Source: the human T2T-CHM13v2.0 reference genome, Homo sapiens
NCBI RefSeq assembly: GCF_009914755.1
Contig: NC_060934.1
Direction: 5' to 3' (one strand)
DNA: 64,000 nt
Position 1 is the stretch's first letter. Each line of letters starts with the position of its first letter. Under the pieces are notes generated by a model. The model searched no databases and was not told the origin of the DNA. It saw nothing but the letters and a program-made list of their open reading frames with translations. Positions 21,526 through 44,610 of this stretch are shown one piece after another. Both the position numbers and the translations under genes were made by a program.

Positions 21526-21826
21526 GGGCTGGATGCAGTGGCTCATGCCTGTAATATCAGCACTTTGGGAGGCTGAGGCGGGTGGATCACTTGAAGTCAG
21601 GAGTTCCGGACTAGCCTGGCCAACACGGCGAAATCCTGTCTCCACAAAAAATACAAAAATTAGCCAGCCGTGGTGGTGGATGCCTATAACCCCAGCTACT
21701 CTGGAGGCAGAGGCAGTAGAATTGCTTCAGCTTGGAAGGTAGAGGTTTCAGTGAGCCAAGACTGTACCACTAAACTCCAGCCTGAGTGACAGAGCGAGAT
21801 CCTGTCTTAGAAATAAAGAAAAAAAG
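21526..21826 (+). mobile_element. AluS
   Basis: Full dimer; AAGGATTGG on both sides. Confidence 0.92.
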
Positions 21827-22423
21827 GATTGGCTGCTGAAGTAACTCCTAGCCATTCTAAAGGTAAATTCTAAATGTAAAAGTAAACTTTACATTCTAGT
21901 TTACTTGGGACATTCTTGGTTTATGACTGTTGTGTAAGCATAATTATTAATAATAACAGTTTGGACAATAGATTGTATGTGGTCAGGTCATGCTACCCTT
22001 AGAATAATCTTACAGAAAATGTGTCTGTCCCCTCAGCCCCCATATTCAAACAACTGACATGGACAATGGCATAATTAATTTTATTAGTGTAAACATCCAG
22101 GTCTTTGGGCCCTTATGAAACCTTTTCTATTTGATTTTTCGTTTTGCTTTCTGTTCTTTAGCCATTCTCACCACTGTTCCCCGCAGCCTCCTAACCCTAG
22201 GATCCCTGTCTCCTCTTCCACTTGTATCCCACCTTTGGCTTATAAGGGTCATCCAGGGAAGACCCCAGCCCCATATTGGCTTTCTTCACACACCAGACTC
22301 CTTATTATTTTTTTAAAAATTGAAAAACAAGCCACAGTTTTCTTTCAGGGGAAAAGAACCAGGACAGCAAGTTCTGCTCATACCTATTGAGATTAGTAGA
22401 CTCCCACTCTTAAAAATCCTTTA

Positions 22424-22890
<467 letters not shown>

Positions 22891-23504
22891 ATATCTTACA
22901 GCTCTTTCTAAAGTCACATCCCAGAAATGGAAAAGAGGAGTGGGCCTCCCTTATCTGTGACTGTCAGAAATTAGACCATAATGAAAAGCTTCACAGGTGC
23001 CCCATCTCCGAAGAATTCAAATTTATTTCAGTCTTCTTCTATTTTATCTTTAATTATACTGTTAGTGTTTTTCCTTATCTTCCACTTTGAAAAATTTATA
23101 AAAAGAAATTATGTTCTCACCACCTATGGTGAAAGAGAGATTAATGCTTGGTTCCTTCATGTATAATATTAATCCAAGATTAAAGGAGACGGAAAAAGTA
23201 GGGGGATGGGGAGAAAGAAATGGTGGCTTAAAGTGTTTAAGTCTGAAAAAAGTTACTAAGGGGATGGTGAAATCCATGGAACTCATGTGACTGTCAAGTC
23301 CTACTAAGTTTTCTCACAGTGACAGATGGAAAAGGCTGCTGGTGAATGAAACAAATGTCTACTTTTAGCCTAAAATGTAGTGAGTTGTCTTCCCACAACT
23401 AGCCGCTAACAAAGGCGCTAAAAAAATAAAATCTCTTCCCAGGCTATGAGACTAAGGGAGTGAGTGTGTGTAGTGATGGGGGAGGGAGACAGACTTTCAC
23501 TCCA

Positions 23505-24464
23505 ACTATCGTCTGAATGTTTGTGTCCCCCCAACTTTGTATGTTGAAACCTAACCTGCAACGTCATGGTATTCAGATATGTCTCTTGTGAAGTGATTAG
23601 GTCAGGAGGCTGAAGCCCTTATGAATGAGATTAATGCCCTTATAAAAGAAACTCCAGGCTGGGCGTGGTGGCTCACACTTGTAATCTCAGCAGGTTTGGA
23701 GGCTAAGGCAGGTGGATTGTTTGAGTCCAGGAATTCCAGACCAGCCTGAGCAACATCGTGAAACGCTATCTCTACAAAAAACAAAAAACAAACAAACCAT
23801 GTGTGGTGGTGCACACCTGTAGTCCCAGTTACTCAGGAGGCTGAGGTAGGAGAATCACTTAAGCCCCGGAGGCAGAAGTTGCATGAGCCAAGATCATGCC
23901 ACTGCACTCTAGCCTGGGTGACAGAGTGAGACCCTACCTCAAAAAAATAAAATAAAATAAAATAAAATAAAACAAAAAAGCCCATAATCCCAACACTTTG
24001 GGATGCTGAGGCAGGAGGATTGCTTGAGACCAGAGTTCAAGACCAGCTTGGGCAACAATAAGAGGCCCCATATCTACAAAAAATAAAAATATAAAAAAAA
24101 CAGGCATGGTGGTACGTGCGTATAGTCCCAGCTACTTTGGAGGCTGAGGTGGGAGAGGATCACAGGAACCCAGGAACTCAAATCTGCAGTGAGCTAAGAA
24201 GGTGCCACTGTACTCCAGCCTGGGTGACAGAGGAGACCCCATCTCAAAAAAGACCCTTAAAAACCCACTTGTCCCTTCCATCATGCGAGGACACAGCAAG
24301 AAGGCACCTTCTATAAACCAGGAAGTGGCCCTCACCAGACACGGAATCTGCTGGTGCTTTGATCATGAACTTCTCAGCCTCCAGAACTGTGAGAAATGTT
24401 TCTGTTGTTTAAAAGCCACCCAGTGTGCATGATTTTGTTACAGCACCCGAAACAGCCTAAGACA
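23505..24464 (+). mobile_element. MaLR LTR (MLT1A/MST-like) split by two tandem Alus (about 23657-24250)
   Basis: CTGAATGTTTGTGTCCCC..ATTAATGCCCTTATAAAAGA / CAGCCTCCAGAACTGTGAGAAAT..CTAAGACA. Confidence 0.82.
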
Positions 24465-24580
24465 GCTCCATCCTAAGGATTACTCATGAGCTTTGTGAAG
24501 GAAGCAAGGATAAAGCAGACACTATGCCCACACGAAGTCTCCCTCTCCAACCTGCCAGACCAGCTGCATGAAGAAGGGTC

Positions 24581-25277
<697 letters not shown>

Positions 25278-27204
25278 GGATCACCACTAAACATTGGGAA
25301 ACACTCTCCTTGTCTGTACTCACAATAGGTCTGTGATACAGATTTTCAAAAGCTGTAAATTTGCAAAATCATTGATAGGGAATGCATGGCTTACAGATTT
25401 GTTGATCATTTGTGACTGCCCAGCTTCTCCATTTTTTTTTTTTTTTTTTTTTGGTCCCTTGTCTAGAGTCAGGGCAGTTTGAGGTCAGTTCCATGGAGTC
25501 TTTCTACAAAGATCTTTCATGTCAAGCAAATACTTCTTTTAGGGCACTGTAGGAGGTGAGCAGGCAGCCGTCAAAGACCTTGGAAGAGTCAATAAGTAGG
25601 GTACCCGCCAGTGAAAATTTTTCTCATTCCACAATACCAGAAGGCCGATTTCTTAGGAAGTTTCAGTTTCTTGTATGTATCAGGCACTATGCTAGGTGCT
25701 GGCTGTACAATGATAAAGTTTCCTCCGTTACTGAGTTCACAGTCTATCAGCCTAGTGGGAAAGAACAGAGAACATAAGGAAAATGCATGAGGTGTACTAT
25801 ATATGTTTAACTGTACATAGTACATACAAAAGCTATACAGCACAAGTAAAGCCTACAGGACATGCTTACAGGCAAGCTCTGTCTACTTCTTAAATCAACT
25901 GTAATCCATTAATTCCAGTCCCCATATAACAGCTATCTTCTCCAGGAATATTGACCAGTACGGCCTACCCGTTTTACTTGGTAAATGTGGCAAAGCAGAC
26001 CACCAGGTCAATTCAGTTCAATTCAATTCTCCTTGACGCAAGGTAACCTGAAGGAGGGTCAAGTTCTGTCCTTGGAGTTCAGACAGTAGATTCCAGTCTT
26101 GATGCTGTTCATAACTCAATATAGGCTTCTGTCTCTCCAGAATATGAGATATTTTTTCTATTATCTTCTCCTTTATGTTGTTAATTATATAAATTGTACT
26201 TATATTATTTTATTTATTTATTTTTCATAGTGGCTTAAATGTCCTTCTCTGCTAATGTCAACATGTGAATAACATGTGAATTACATTTATCCATCTTTTG
26301 TTTTTGTTATGATCATTTGGTCTCTCTTTTTTTATTTTTTAGCATGTCTCATAATTTCTCCTTAATGCTGGACTTTTTAAATGGATACTTAGGTAGGACC
26401 TGGATGATGTTCTCTTCCTCTAAAGAACAAGAAAAGTTTTCTTTTTTACAGGCAAAGGGAGAACCAGGCATTACCTCGATCCTGGCCAGAGTTAGTTTTA
26501 GCCTTTGTTAGGGCTGGTCTATTTTAACATTATCTTAGTACTGGTACTTACTTCCCAACTGCGTTCTTTAGCCCTAGTGTGGGCTATTTCTCGGCCTCAA
26601 CTACAACCTGCGTGCGTTTATCAAAGCCCTTCCACCTTGGCAGAGCTAAACTCTAACTTCTGTTTCTCCAACACTACTCAGGTGCTGAAATCTCTGCCCA
26701 ACTTTTAGCTTCCTGGGTGCTGTTTTCTGCTGTGTTTCTTGGAGCCTCTTCCTGAACATGCAGCTTAGGAGACGGCCAATAATTGGAATGAATTCCTGTC
26801 CCCTAAGCCCAATAAGAATTCCATTTTATGTTTGAGCTCTCTCTCCCTCATTTGGAAATTACCCTCATGGGAAAAGCCAGGCAAACATGAATTTTACCTT
26901 GGATATTTTTCTTCTTTCAAGGAGTATAACTCTCCAACTCAATTCAGGACTGCATTGTTTGCTTTCATAGGCATTCAAACAGGTAGGGGTGTGTGTGTGG
27001 TGGGGCAGGGTGTGTGTGTGTGTGTGTGTGTGTTCCAAATACTATAGTTGTTTTTATGGAGGGGAGAGGTACAGACATCCCCAGCTTACAATGGTTTGAT
27101 GATTTTTCCACTTTACAATGGTGTGAAAGAGATATGCATTGAGTATGCTCCTTGACTTAAGATTTGTTTACTGGGAGGTAACCTTACCATAAGTTGAATA
27201 GCAT

Positions 27205-27757
27205 TTGCATTCCAGTTATCTATTGCCACTCTGAAACATCGAACTGCAAAACTCAGCAGCTTAAAACAACAATTTATGTTTCTGTGAGTTGGCTCAGCTG
27301 GAGAGTTTACTAGGGAATGTTCATGCAATTACAATGAGATGGCAGCTGAGCTGTGGTTATCTGAAGCAAACTGTACTGGACTTGTAAGATGTCTTCTTCA
27401 TTCTTCTGTCTCTTTCTTCAGTGCTCCTTGACTTATTTTACTTTCTACTAATTATCTCAGAATCCAGGGCCTAGGCATCTCACAGCAAGATCTCAGGTTA
27501 TTTATGCTTCTGGCATTGTGACTCACTGCTAAGAGGCAGAAAGCAGTAATGTCCAGGTTTGATAAGGGTTGCATCTGTAAATGGCACAGGATAATTACCA
27601 TTATATTTTGTCAGTCAAATAAGTCACAAGGACCACCCAAATTCCAGGATAGAGAAGCAGATTCCACTTCTTCATGGGAGAGTGGCAAGGTCACACTACA
27701 GAAGAGCATGTGAGATGAGATAAGATTGTGTGCAATTTTGGCAGATACAATCTACCA
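27205..27757 (-). mobile_element. Old MLT1 LTR, flanked by two MER47-like (TcMar-Tigger) fragments at about 27073-27205 and 27780-27860
   Basis: CAAAACTCAGCAGCTTAAAACAACAATTT..GGGAGAGTGGCAAGGTCAC; the flanks share ATGATTTTTCCACTTTA..GCTCCTTGACT. Confidence 0.6.
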
Positions 27758-27959
27758 TAGATACAACCTATTCTTCTATTGTTTACTTTATGATTTTTCC
27801 ACTTTATGATGGTGCAAAAGTACCATGCATTTGGTGTGCTCCTTGACTGAAGAAGAGTTTATTGCAGGGTAGCTCAACTAGGTTAATGAAACACCATAAA
27901 TCTTTTAAACAAGAAGTCTCAATCAAAACTGACTGAAGAAGATATGAAAAATCTAAATA

Positions 27960-28270
<311 letters not shown>

Positions 28271-28386
28271 TCAATAGTCTCGTTACCATCAAGTCAAGTC
28301 AAGTTCTGCCAAGCATTTAATATACAAAGTCAAGTCAAATGCTTCCAGATCAGAAAATGAGGAAACATTATCAAACTTACTATATT

Positions 28387-28782
28387 TGTGAATCTATTCG
28401 TGCTACTGTCATGAAATATCTGAGACTGGGTAATTTATAAAGAACAGAAATTTATTTTTCATAGTTCTGGAGCTGGGAAGTCGAAGATCAAGGCGCTAGC
28501 AGGTTCCGAGTCTGGTCAGGTCAGCTCTTCATTTCCAAGATGGTGCCTTGTTGCTGTAATGTTCCCCTCTGGAGGAATATTGTGTCTTCAGATGGCAAAA
28601 GAGATGGAAGGGGTGAAAAGGGTTGTATTCCCTCTGTCAAGACCTTTTATAAGAAACCTAATCCCATTGATGAGAGTGTAACTGTCATGACTTAATCACC
28701 CCCTCAAGCCCACGCCTCTCAATACTGCTGCATTGGGATTAGGTTTCAACGTGAATTTTGAAGGGAACAAAAACAGTAGCAT
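28387..28782 (-). mobile_element. MST-family MaLR LTR
   Basis: CTGAGACTGGGTAATTTATAAAGAACAGAAATTTATT..GCATTGGGATTAGGTTTCAAC. Confidence 0.8.
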
Positions 28783-28891
28783 AACCTTAATTCCAAAACT
28801 ATACAGAGATGCAACAGGAGATGAAAATTGCAGCCTAACTTTATTCAGGGATATTGAGGCAAACATCCTAATGAAGTATCAGCAAAACAAT

Positions 28892-29330
28892 TGTGTTGGC
28901 TAAGGTTCTTTGAGAAGCAAAAAGTGGGCTTAGATGTACAAGAGACTTGTAGAGAAGGATAAATGGGAAGAAGTAGGAGTAGGCAGGTAAGACTTCAGGT
29001 TTTAATTTAACTCTTACACCAGCGAAAGGAGAGAGGGAAGGATGGAGGAATAGGAGTACCTCGGATTGCAGGGCAGACTCAAGAAAATTTTGGCCAAGTC
29101 AATGAGGGGGTCCTTAAGTCAGTCACAGTTTAGATGAATTTTATGTCCCATAAGAATGGGTCAGTATCATAATCTTTACCACATGCAGTCATTGGTTGGG
29201 AGGAGGCTGGGGGAAGCATGCTTTTGACCCAGATGTAGTGATGATCCAGAAGGGTGGCAAGTGGAGCTGTCAGTTAATGATGCTCCCTGAAACAAGAGAT
29301 GTTCATGATCTATTTTCCTTGCCACTACAC
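28892..29330 (-). mobile_element. Old ERVL-class LTR, related to the one at 36872-37670
   Basis: Shared blocks GAGAAGCA..ATGTACAAGAGA, AGTAGGCAGG, AAAGGAGAG, GTCATTGG(T/G)TGGGA. Confidence 0.55.
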
Positions 29331-29479
29331 AAATCTAGCAATATATTCTAAGATGTTTAAATGTATTATCAGTGTATAAAGATAATATGCATGTTGGATA
29401 TAGCTCAGAAAAGTAATATTATTTTAATATTCAAAATTGATGTACACAATTTAATACATTAAGAAATTAGAGGAAAAAA

Positions 29480-31538
<2,059 letters not shown>

Positions 31539-31671
31539 GGCATAGTAATAGAAGAGATTAAAATGTCATGAATTACAAATGATACTATTGCTTATTTGGA
31601 AAATCCAAAACTATTTACAGGTAAATTATGTATAAAGAAAAGCAAAAGGCCAAGAGGAGATAAGACACCCC

Positions 31672-31756
31672 AGACAAGATAAGATAAGATAAGACAAGAT
31701 AAGATAAGATAAGGTAAGGTAAGATGAGATAAGGTGAGAATGGGATAAGATAAGGA
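31672..31756 (+). repeat. (GATAA)n / (GGTAA)n pentanucleotide repeat
   Basis: Read directly. Confidence 0.9.
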
Positions 31757-33229
31757 GAATATCAAGATAGAAAAACACATCCTACTAGATACGGCTGTAG
31801 TAAAATGTAATAGTGTAGATTGGTACAGAAACAGGCACCAAGGAAACATAATAAAGCACTCAAGAATGAACCCATGTGTATGAAATTTTATTTTTGATAG
31901 AGCAAGCATTGCTGTAACATGCATTAATTAGAAAATTACCTCGAGGAGGACCCTTAAAAGGGAGATGCCAGCATTATATAACCAAAAGTTTTTCTGACAG
32001 TTTTCTGTAACATGTACCAACATTCTCTTTCTGTCCCCTGTCTTCTGACCTGAAGAAATGTGTTCCTTCTTTAAGGAAAAAGGATGATGAATGGATGGTT
32101 TTAATGTCCCTTTATGACTTTTCAAGGATTTCTTTGACAATACACAGATTTCATACCTAATTGTCCACCAACTACAAACAAAATTAATTTTAGATAAATT
32201 CATAGTCTGAAGTTAATTCTGGAAAGCCCATATTATGTTTGACAATCTTAAAAACGTTTCTCTTTCTATTTGTTGCCAATTTCACCCCACAAATCTTATC
32301 TTTGAATTCCAATTAAATATGGATAATATAAATTACCATTGTAGAATCCAGTGTATGTAGGGTTACGGGTGTAGTCAGATAACTGAATGTTCTCCTTACC
32401 ACCTCCAGATAAATTCTCTTCCCCTCTGTGATTCACTGATCATAAATCGGTTTACTGTGAGGAAAAAAAGAAATGGATAGGTTGACGTTGTCCCCAGGTG
32501 GTAGGTAGGATGAACTGCCTATGAAACAATGCAATCCACTCCAGGCAGTACACATTTCAAAATGCTTCTCCCTATGGGGTTTGACAGGTACAGACAATTG
32601 TTGTTCCAAATGCCATGTGCTTTAGCAAATCATTCTGCCTATTGTGAGTAGTCACCTTTCAAGCCACGAGTTACCATTTGAGTTCTTTTGCCTCAAACTG
32701 ATGGAGAAAATGAAAACAGAATGTCACCCATGCAGTTCCAGTCTGTTGTATTCAAGAATTTGATATATTCAGACCTATGCCTGGCTTTCAGTACCATGAG
32801 CTAATGACATTTCTTGGCTTGACTATAAAGTTCTCTTGACAATACTGTGTGGATGAGATTTTACCGTTTGTGCTAAAGTCAACAACAAAAGCAGGACCTG
32901 GTAATGCCAACAACTATCTAAAGAAGGTCGATCAGAAAAACGACAAGGTGGCCTATTCCAAAGCAACTCTGCATTCTTATAATTTTGTTAATGGACCTTC
33001 TTTTTAATAGGTTTCTGCAAATAAAGTTTGAGGTTATAAAATGTGAGCCTACTAGAATGACACAAAGTTGAATTTCAAATGTTGTTTTTTTGGATGTTCT
33101 AAAAATACATTGTAAATGGATTTCTGCTAAGGATGGACTACTGTCTTCAAAGCTAGAGAAGATAAATTGTGGAATCAAGCCAGCTGCTCAGAGAACATAG
33201 AGAGGTTTGGGGTCTCTGGTTATGCATAC

Positions 33230-36871
<3,642 letters not shown>

Positions 36872-37670
36872 TGTGTCTGTTCAGGTCTTCTAAGAAGTAG
36901 AAGCCAAGACAGGATTATATGTACAAAAGATTTATTGGATGAAATGTCTGTGATATGGTTTGGCTGTGTCCCCACCCAAATCTCATCTTGAATTCCCATG
37001 TGTTGTGGGAGGGACCCAGTGGGAGATGATTGAATCATGGGGGCAGGTCTTTCCTGTACTGTTCTTGTGACAGTGAATAAGTCTCATGAGATCTAATGGT
37101 CTTAAAAATGAGAGTTTACCTGCACAAGCTCTCTTTTTGCCTGCTGCCATCCATGTAAGACATGACTTGCCCCTCCTTGCCTTCCACCATGATTGTGAAG
37201 CCAGCCACGTGGAACTGTAAGTACACTCGACCACTATCTTTTGTAAATTGCCCAGTCTTGGGTATGCCTTTATCAGCAGCATGCAAACAGACTAATACAG
37301 TCTGTGACAGATAAAAGAAGCTGGAGAAGAAGTAGGCAGGACAAGCCTTCAGATCACAGTGTAAGTTTTATATCTGTAAAAGGAGAGGAAAAAGGAAGAA
37401 TTGATCTGGAAGAGTCTGAGCTTACAGAGCTTCTCTAAGAAAAGTCTTGGCTAGGACTATGGGGTGTCCTGAACAAAAGTTACCCATTAGAGGAATCTTT
37501 CAACAGGCAAATGGTCCTATGCCAGTGTACATGCCCGGCTACGTCATTGGGTGGGAACAGCCTAGTGGTATAATTGGTTCAGAAAGAATGCAGGGGTATG
37601 ACAGCTTGAGACTGTCAATCAGCTGTATTCCATTTCTCAAAGGGAGCTCTGAACCTCCATAGTCATCTGT
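36872..37670 (-). mobile_element. ERVL-class 5' LTR adjoining the PBS, split by a THE1 LTR
   Basis: TG terminus 2 nt from the PBS; TTTATT (minus-strand AATAAA) at 36931. Confidence 0.65.
36951..37299 (+). mobile_element. THE1 (B/C-like) solo LTR
   Basis: TGATATGGTTTGGCTGTGTCCCCACCCAAATCTC..GACTAATACA; 5-bp TSD GTCTG. Confidence 0.92.
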
Positions 37671-37949
37671 TTGGTCATCAGGGCCACACACTAATTATTA
37701 TTAAAGAAGAATATTTCCGTAAATGCAGCAGAATCTGCAAAGATTCCTCTGAGCCTCCAATGAGGAGAAAATATTACATTTTGAGACAGAACAGTGTATG
37801 TGTTCATTCTCATTTTTCAGACTGTGCCTTGGCTCTCTCTGCATTTGAGAAAAGAAACTGATTACATATCCAGCCATCCTTTGATGGCCTCATCAGCTAC
37901 ACGAAGGCCCAATTAAAGTTTTAAAATTATTGTTTTCCTTTAATGTTAT

Positions 37950-38356
37950 TAATATGGTTTGGCTCCGTGTCCCCAGCTAAATCTCATGTCAAATTGCAAT
38001 CCTCATGTGTTGGAGGAGGGGCATGGTAGGTGGCCATTGAATCATGGGGGCGGACTTCCCCCTTGCTGTTCTTGTGGTAACAATGAGTTCTCAGAAGATC
38101 TGCTTGTTTAAAAGTGTGTAGCATTTCCCTCTTCATGCTCTGTCTCTCCTGCTGCTGCGTGAAGAAATATTTGCTTCCCCTTCCCCTTTCCACTCTGATT
38201 GTAAGTTTCCTGAGGCCTCCCCAGGCACCTTCCTGTACTTCCTGCAGAACTGTTAGTCAATTAAACCTCTTTTCTTTATAAATTTATACTAGGTAATTTA
38301 TGTAATTACCCAGTCTCAGGTAGTGCTTCATAGCAATGTGAGAAGGGACTAACACA
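37950..38356 (+). mobile_element. MSTA-like solo LTR
   Basis: ATATGGTTTGGCTCCGTGTCCCC..GGACTAACACA; near-TSD GTTAT/GTCAT. Confidence 0.88.
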
Positions 38357-39804
38357 GTCATTTACTCAAAGTAACTTTCCTTGATCTTCTTCTTTACTTT
38401 GTTTCCTTATCCTACCTTACTTTTCTTCTACACACTCATTACTATCTATGTTATTCCGTATTTATGTGTTTGTTTACTTTATAATTTTCTGTGTCCTCCA
38501 TTAGAATGTAAGTTTCATGCCAGTAGAAGCCTCTTCTGTCTTGTTCACTGGAGTATCTTCGGTGTTCAGTTCATACTGCCTGGCACAGAGTATGTGCATA
38601 ACTTGTGATTATTTTGAAAGAGTAGATAAAATCTGTGGTAGGCCAGCCTCCCCCATACATACCTAAAACCAGTCCTCAGAGTGGAGGATGGGGATAGAGA
38701 ACTAATAACATTATAGACACTTCACAATCATCCTACAAATAAAGCATTATCACCCCCATTTTGCAGATAAGGAAACTGTGGTTTATAGAAGTTAAGTAAT
38801 ATTGACAAGGTCATTTGGCTAGTAAATTACAAAGCTGGGCTCTGAATGCAGTTACACACTATATGTCCTCAACCACTATAGAGTATTAATAGCAAAAAAA
38901 AAAAAAAAACTCTCTAGCTTGTAAATAGATGAGGTTCTGGGAAACACTGGACTAGTTCAATTTCCAAACTTCTTGAAAGTAATGACTCTCACCATCAAGC
39001 TACATAATCGCTAAATTATAAAACCGGCAGTGTGAAAAATCCTAAAGCACTTCTGAATTGTCCACCTAACAACTGATTACATCCTCTTCTGCAAAGGGAA
39101 ATAAAACTGTTTGCTAATCAGGCCTCAGAAAGGCTTAAGTGTTCCACACCGAATATCAGAAATCGGGAAAATCATTAAGTCATTACCTCGTGCCAAATTG
39201 AATGCTACAGTGTACTTTTCTGGTATTTTAACCTGTCTAGCATCTAATGACTCAGAAAGCATTTCTCTTATTTAATCCCTCTCAGCGTTTTTTTTTTCCT
39301 TACTGAGAAGCTACTATTAACCTCTCTTGTAAAGAAAGTGAGTCTCTTCAGATATCTGTCAAATAATTTTATGTGGTTAACCTAAAGCACAGCTTTTTCT
39401 AAAAAAAAAATAGAAGGATCGTTCTGGAAAGGAGACAAGAAAAAGCAGTCCAGTGGGAAGAACATAATTGTCTTAGCATACCCGTTGCTGGCAGATGCAT
39501 GAAAAAGCCACACAAATGAGACACCAGCATCTAAAATCAAATGCCTGTCAGCTTAAATTGTAGTCTTTGGTAAACCTGATCAATTATTCAGCCTTCTTAC
39601 ACATTTAATAAAGCTCCAGAACAGAGCCCAGAAAATAGTTGCATATAAAATATTCTTTGAGAAATAAATTACGCTTTAGTAGAAAGCTACAGTCTTTACC
39701 TAAGCTAACTCGGATGATACTCCAAGTGAGCTATCCTTCCTGCTTACTTCTGCCTTTTTTTCTTCAAAGGGCAATCCTTTTTGAATTGGCATTTAGCATG
39801 GTAG

Positions 39805-39878
39805 TATTAGGTTGGGGGAAAAAATCGTGTTTTTTTGCCATTAAAAGTAATAGCAATAACTTTCGCCCCAACGTAATA
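39805..39878. mobile_element. MADE1 mariner MITE (degenerate)
   Basis: TA-TTAGGTTGG..TTTTTGCCATTAAAAGTAAT..CCAACGTAA-TA. Confidence 0.8.
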
Positions 39879-40845
39879 GTTGCTTCATTCCTGGAGAGTG
39901 GGATCTGCTTGGTTTACCAGCCAGAGGGCTTGACAAAATCTGACTTTAGTGTCTTCGAATGTCCTTTTCTAACATCTGCACAGAAATATCTTCATGGGAG
40001 AAAATCATCTTTTTCATTAAAAAATGTCAGTGTGGGAGTATGGGGAGAGGAAATAGGGAGAGAAAGAGAAGGAAAGAGGCGCACACATACAGAGACAGAG
40101 AGAGACAGGGAGAGAGAGAGGGCAAGAGAGTACTGCCTTGGGGTCACTAACACCCTTGAAGATATCTCAGAAGATTGTTCCAACCAAGTAAAAATGTAGA
40201 CAAAAAGTCGCCGCTCCTTCTTCAGACACAACGGATCTTGTGAAGAGCCTGGTAGGGCAAAAACTTGAGAGGCCATTGTGGTGTCCAAAGAAATACTGAC
40301 ATCTACTGGTGGGTTCGGAAGTCACAGGACTTTTCCAAGGGCCACATTTAGTTGCACGGAATTGAAAGTATTAAAATCCAGTGGATACAATTAGGCATTC
40401 CTGAGGATCCCTTCTAAATAAATTTTTAAAATTAACTTATGACCATCAAGAGCATTTCTGAATTGTCTGTTCTTTAATCCACCAGATAGATAATCATTGA
40501 CTTAGTCTCTGTACCTGAAATATTTCACACAGTCCAGGGAAGAGTAAAATGAACAAAATTCCTTTCTCTTTATGACCCCAGGACCTACCTCATCAAAAAC
40601 GGTGCTTTGAAAAACAGCAAGAAGAATGGGAAGCAATATGGCTCAGTCAGAAGATAAACCTGTGTTCACATCCAGGAACTTTCATTTATTGGCTGTGTAA
40701 TTTCTACCAAGTTACTTTGTCTCCCAAATCTCATTCTTTCTCAGCTGGAAATGAGAATTGAGGATACCTGCCCTGAATGACTCTGTCAGTAATTAGAGAC
40801 CACGAACTCAAAGTGCCTGTGGTTCACATTACACACTGAGTAATT

Positions 40846-43634
<2,789 letters not shown>

Positions 43635-44186
43635 AAAGTCATGTTTTAATTATTGTAATTAGTTAAATGATATTTTAAAGTATTTTTACACACGGATAAT
43701 TTTTTACGGTATACAAATGTTTTCCTTACATATTAGCATCATCATTTTGTAAAACAATGGTGTAAGGTAGGAAGGGTGAGTGTGTTTTTATTTATTTATG
43801 TATTTTACAAGCAAAGCAACAGGAACTCAGAGAAATTAAGCAACTTTTTTAAGACCATGGAGTTCGCAGTGAAAGATATTCTCCCTCCCACAGAACTTAT
43901 GGTAGAGCCTCATGGAGCAGAAAGTAGTATTTAATTGGGCTGGTGAAAATGCCCTGTGTTTTTACCACTATTGGGTGATTGAGACTTGAGCATGATTGAC
44001 GGAAAAAGTCACTGTATATCGGCTCAGAAGAAATGAGTTCAAGGCCCAGCACTGTTACTTTTCACCGGTGATGTTGAGCAAAACCATGGTTATCTCAGAT
44101 TCTTGCTTTACCTGTAGAAGGAGGACTTTGAACTAGATCATAGCCAATAGTCTTCTTTGCTTTTAAACTGGTGGTAGGGATGGTGG

Positions 44187-44585
44187 GGTTAAAAGAAAAA
44201 CTGTAGCCAAGTTAAATTTAAAATAATTTAATTGAGCAAAGAACAACTCATGACTCAGACAGCATCCTGAGCCAGAGTGAGCTCAGATACTCCAGGACAG
44301 CCATGTGGTGGAAGAGGATTTATGGACAGAAAAAGGAAAATGACATACAGAAAATGGAAGTGAGGGACAGAAACAGCCAGATTGGTTGTTGCTTGGCATT
44401 TGCCTTATCTGAACATGGTTTGAACAGTTGGCCAATGTGATTGGCAAAACTTGGTGACTGGCGCAAGAGTAGGCTACAGTCTGTTTACAATTCCATTTAG
44501 GTTATGGTTCACTATGTACAGAGAAACCTTTAGGCTGAACTTAAAATATGTAGGGAGGTAACTTTAGGCTAAACTTGATTTAACA
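44187..44585 (-). mobile_element. MER57-like ERV1 solo LTR
   Basis: TTTAATTGAGCAAAGAAC..GAAACCTTTAGGCTGAACTTAAAATATGT..AACTTGATTTAACA; AP-1 TGACTCA at 44251. Confidence 0.72.
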
Positions 44586-44610
44586 GTGTTCATTGCCAGA
44601 GGAAGAGAGA

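Noticed and set aside
27073-27860. About 65-bp direct repeat around an MLT1
   Set aside because: Both copies look like MER47/Tigger fragments; shared transposon origin is enough to explain them.
39639-40199. 186-aa ORF
   Set aside because: Non-ATG start, runs through a MADE1 and a GA microsatellite, no recognisable domain or exon structure.
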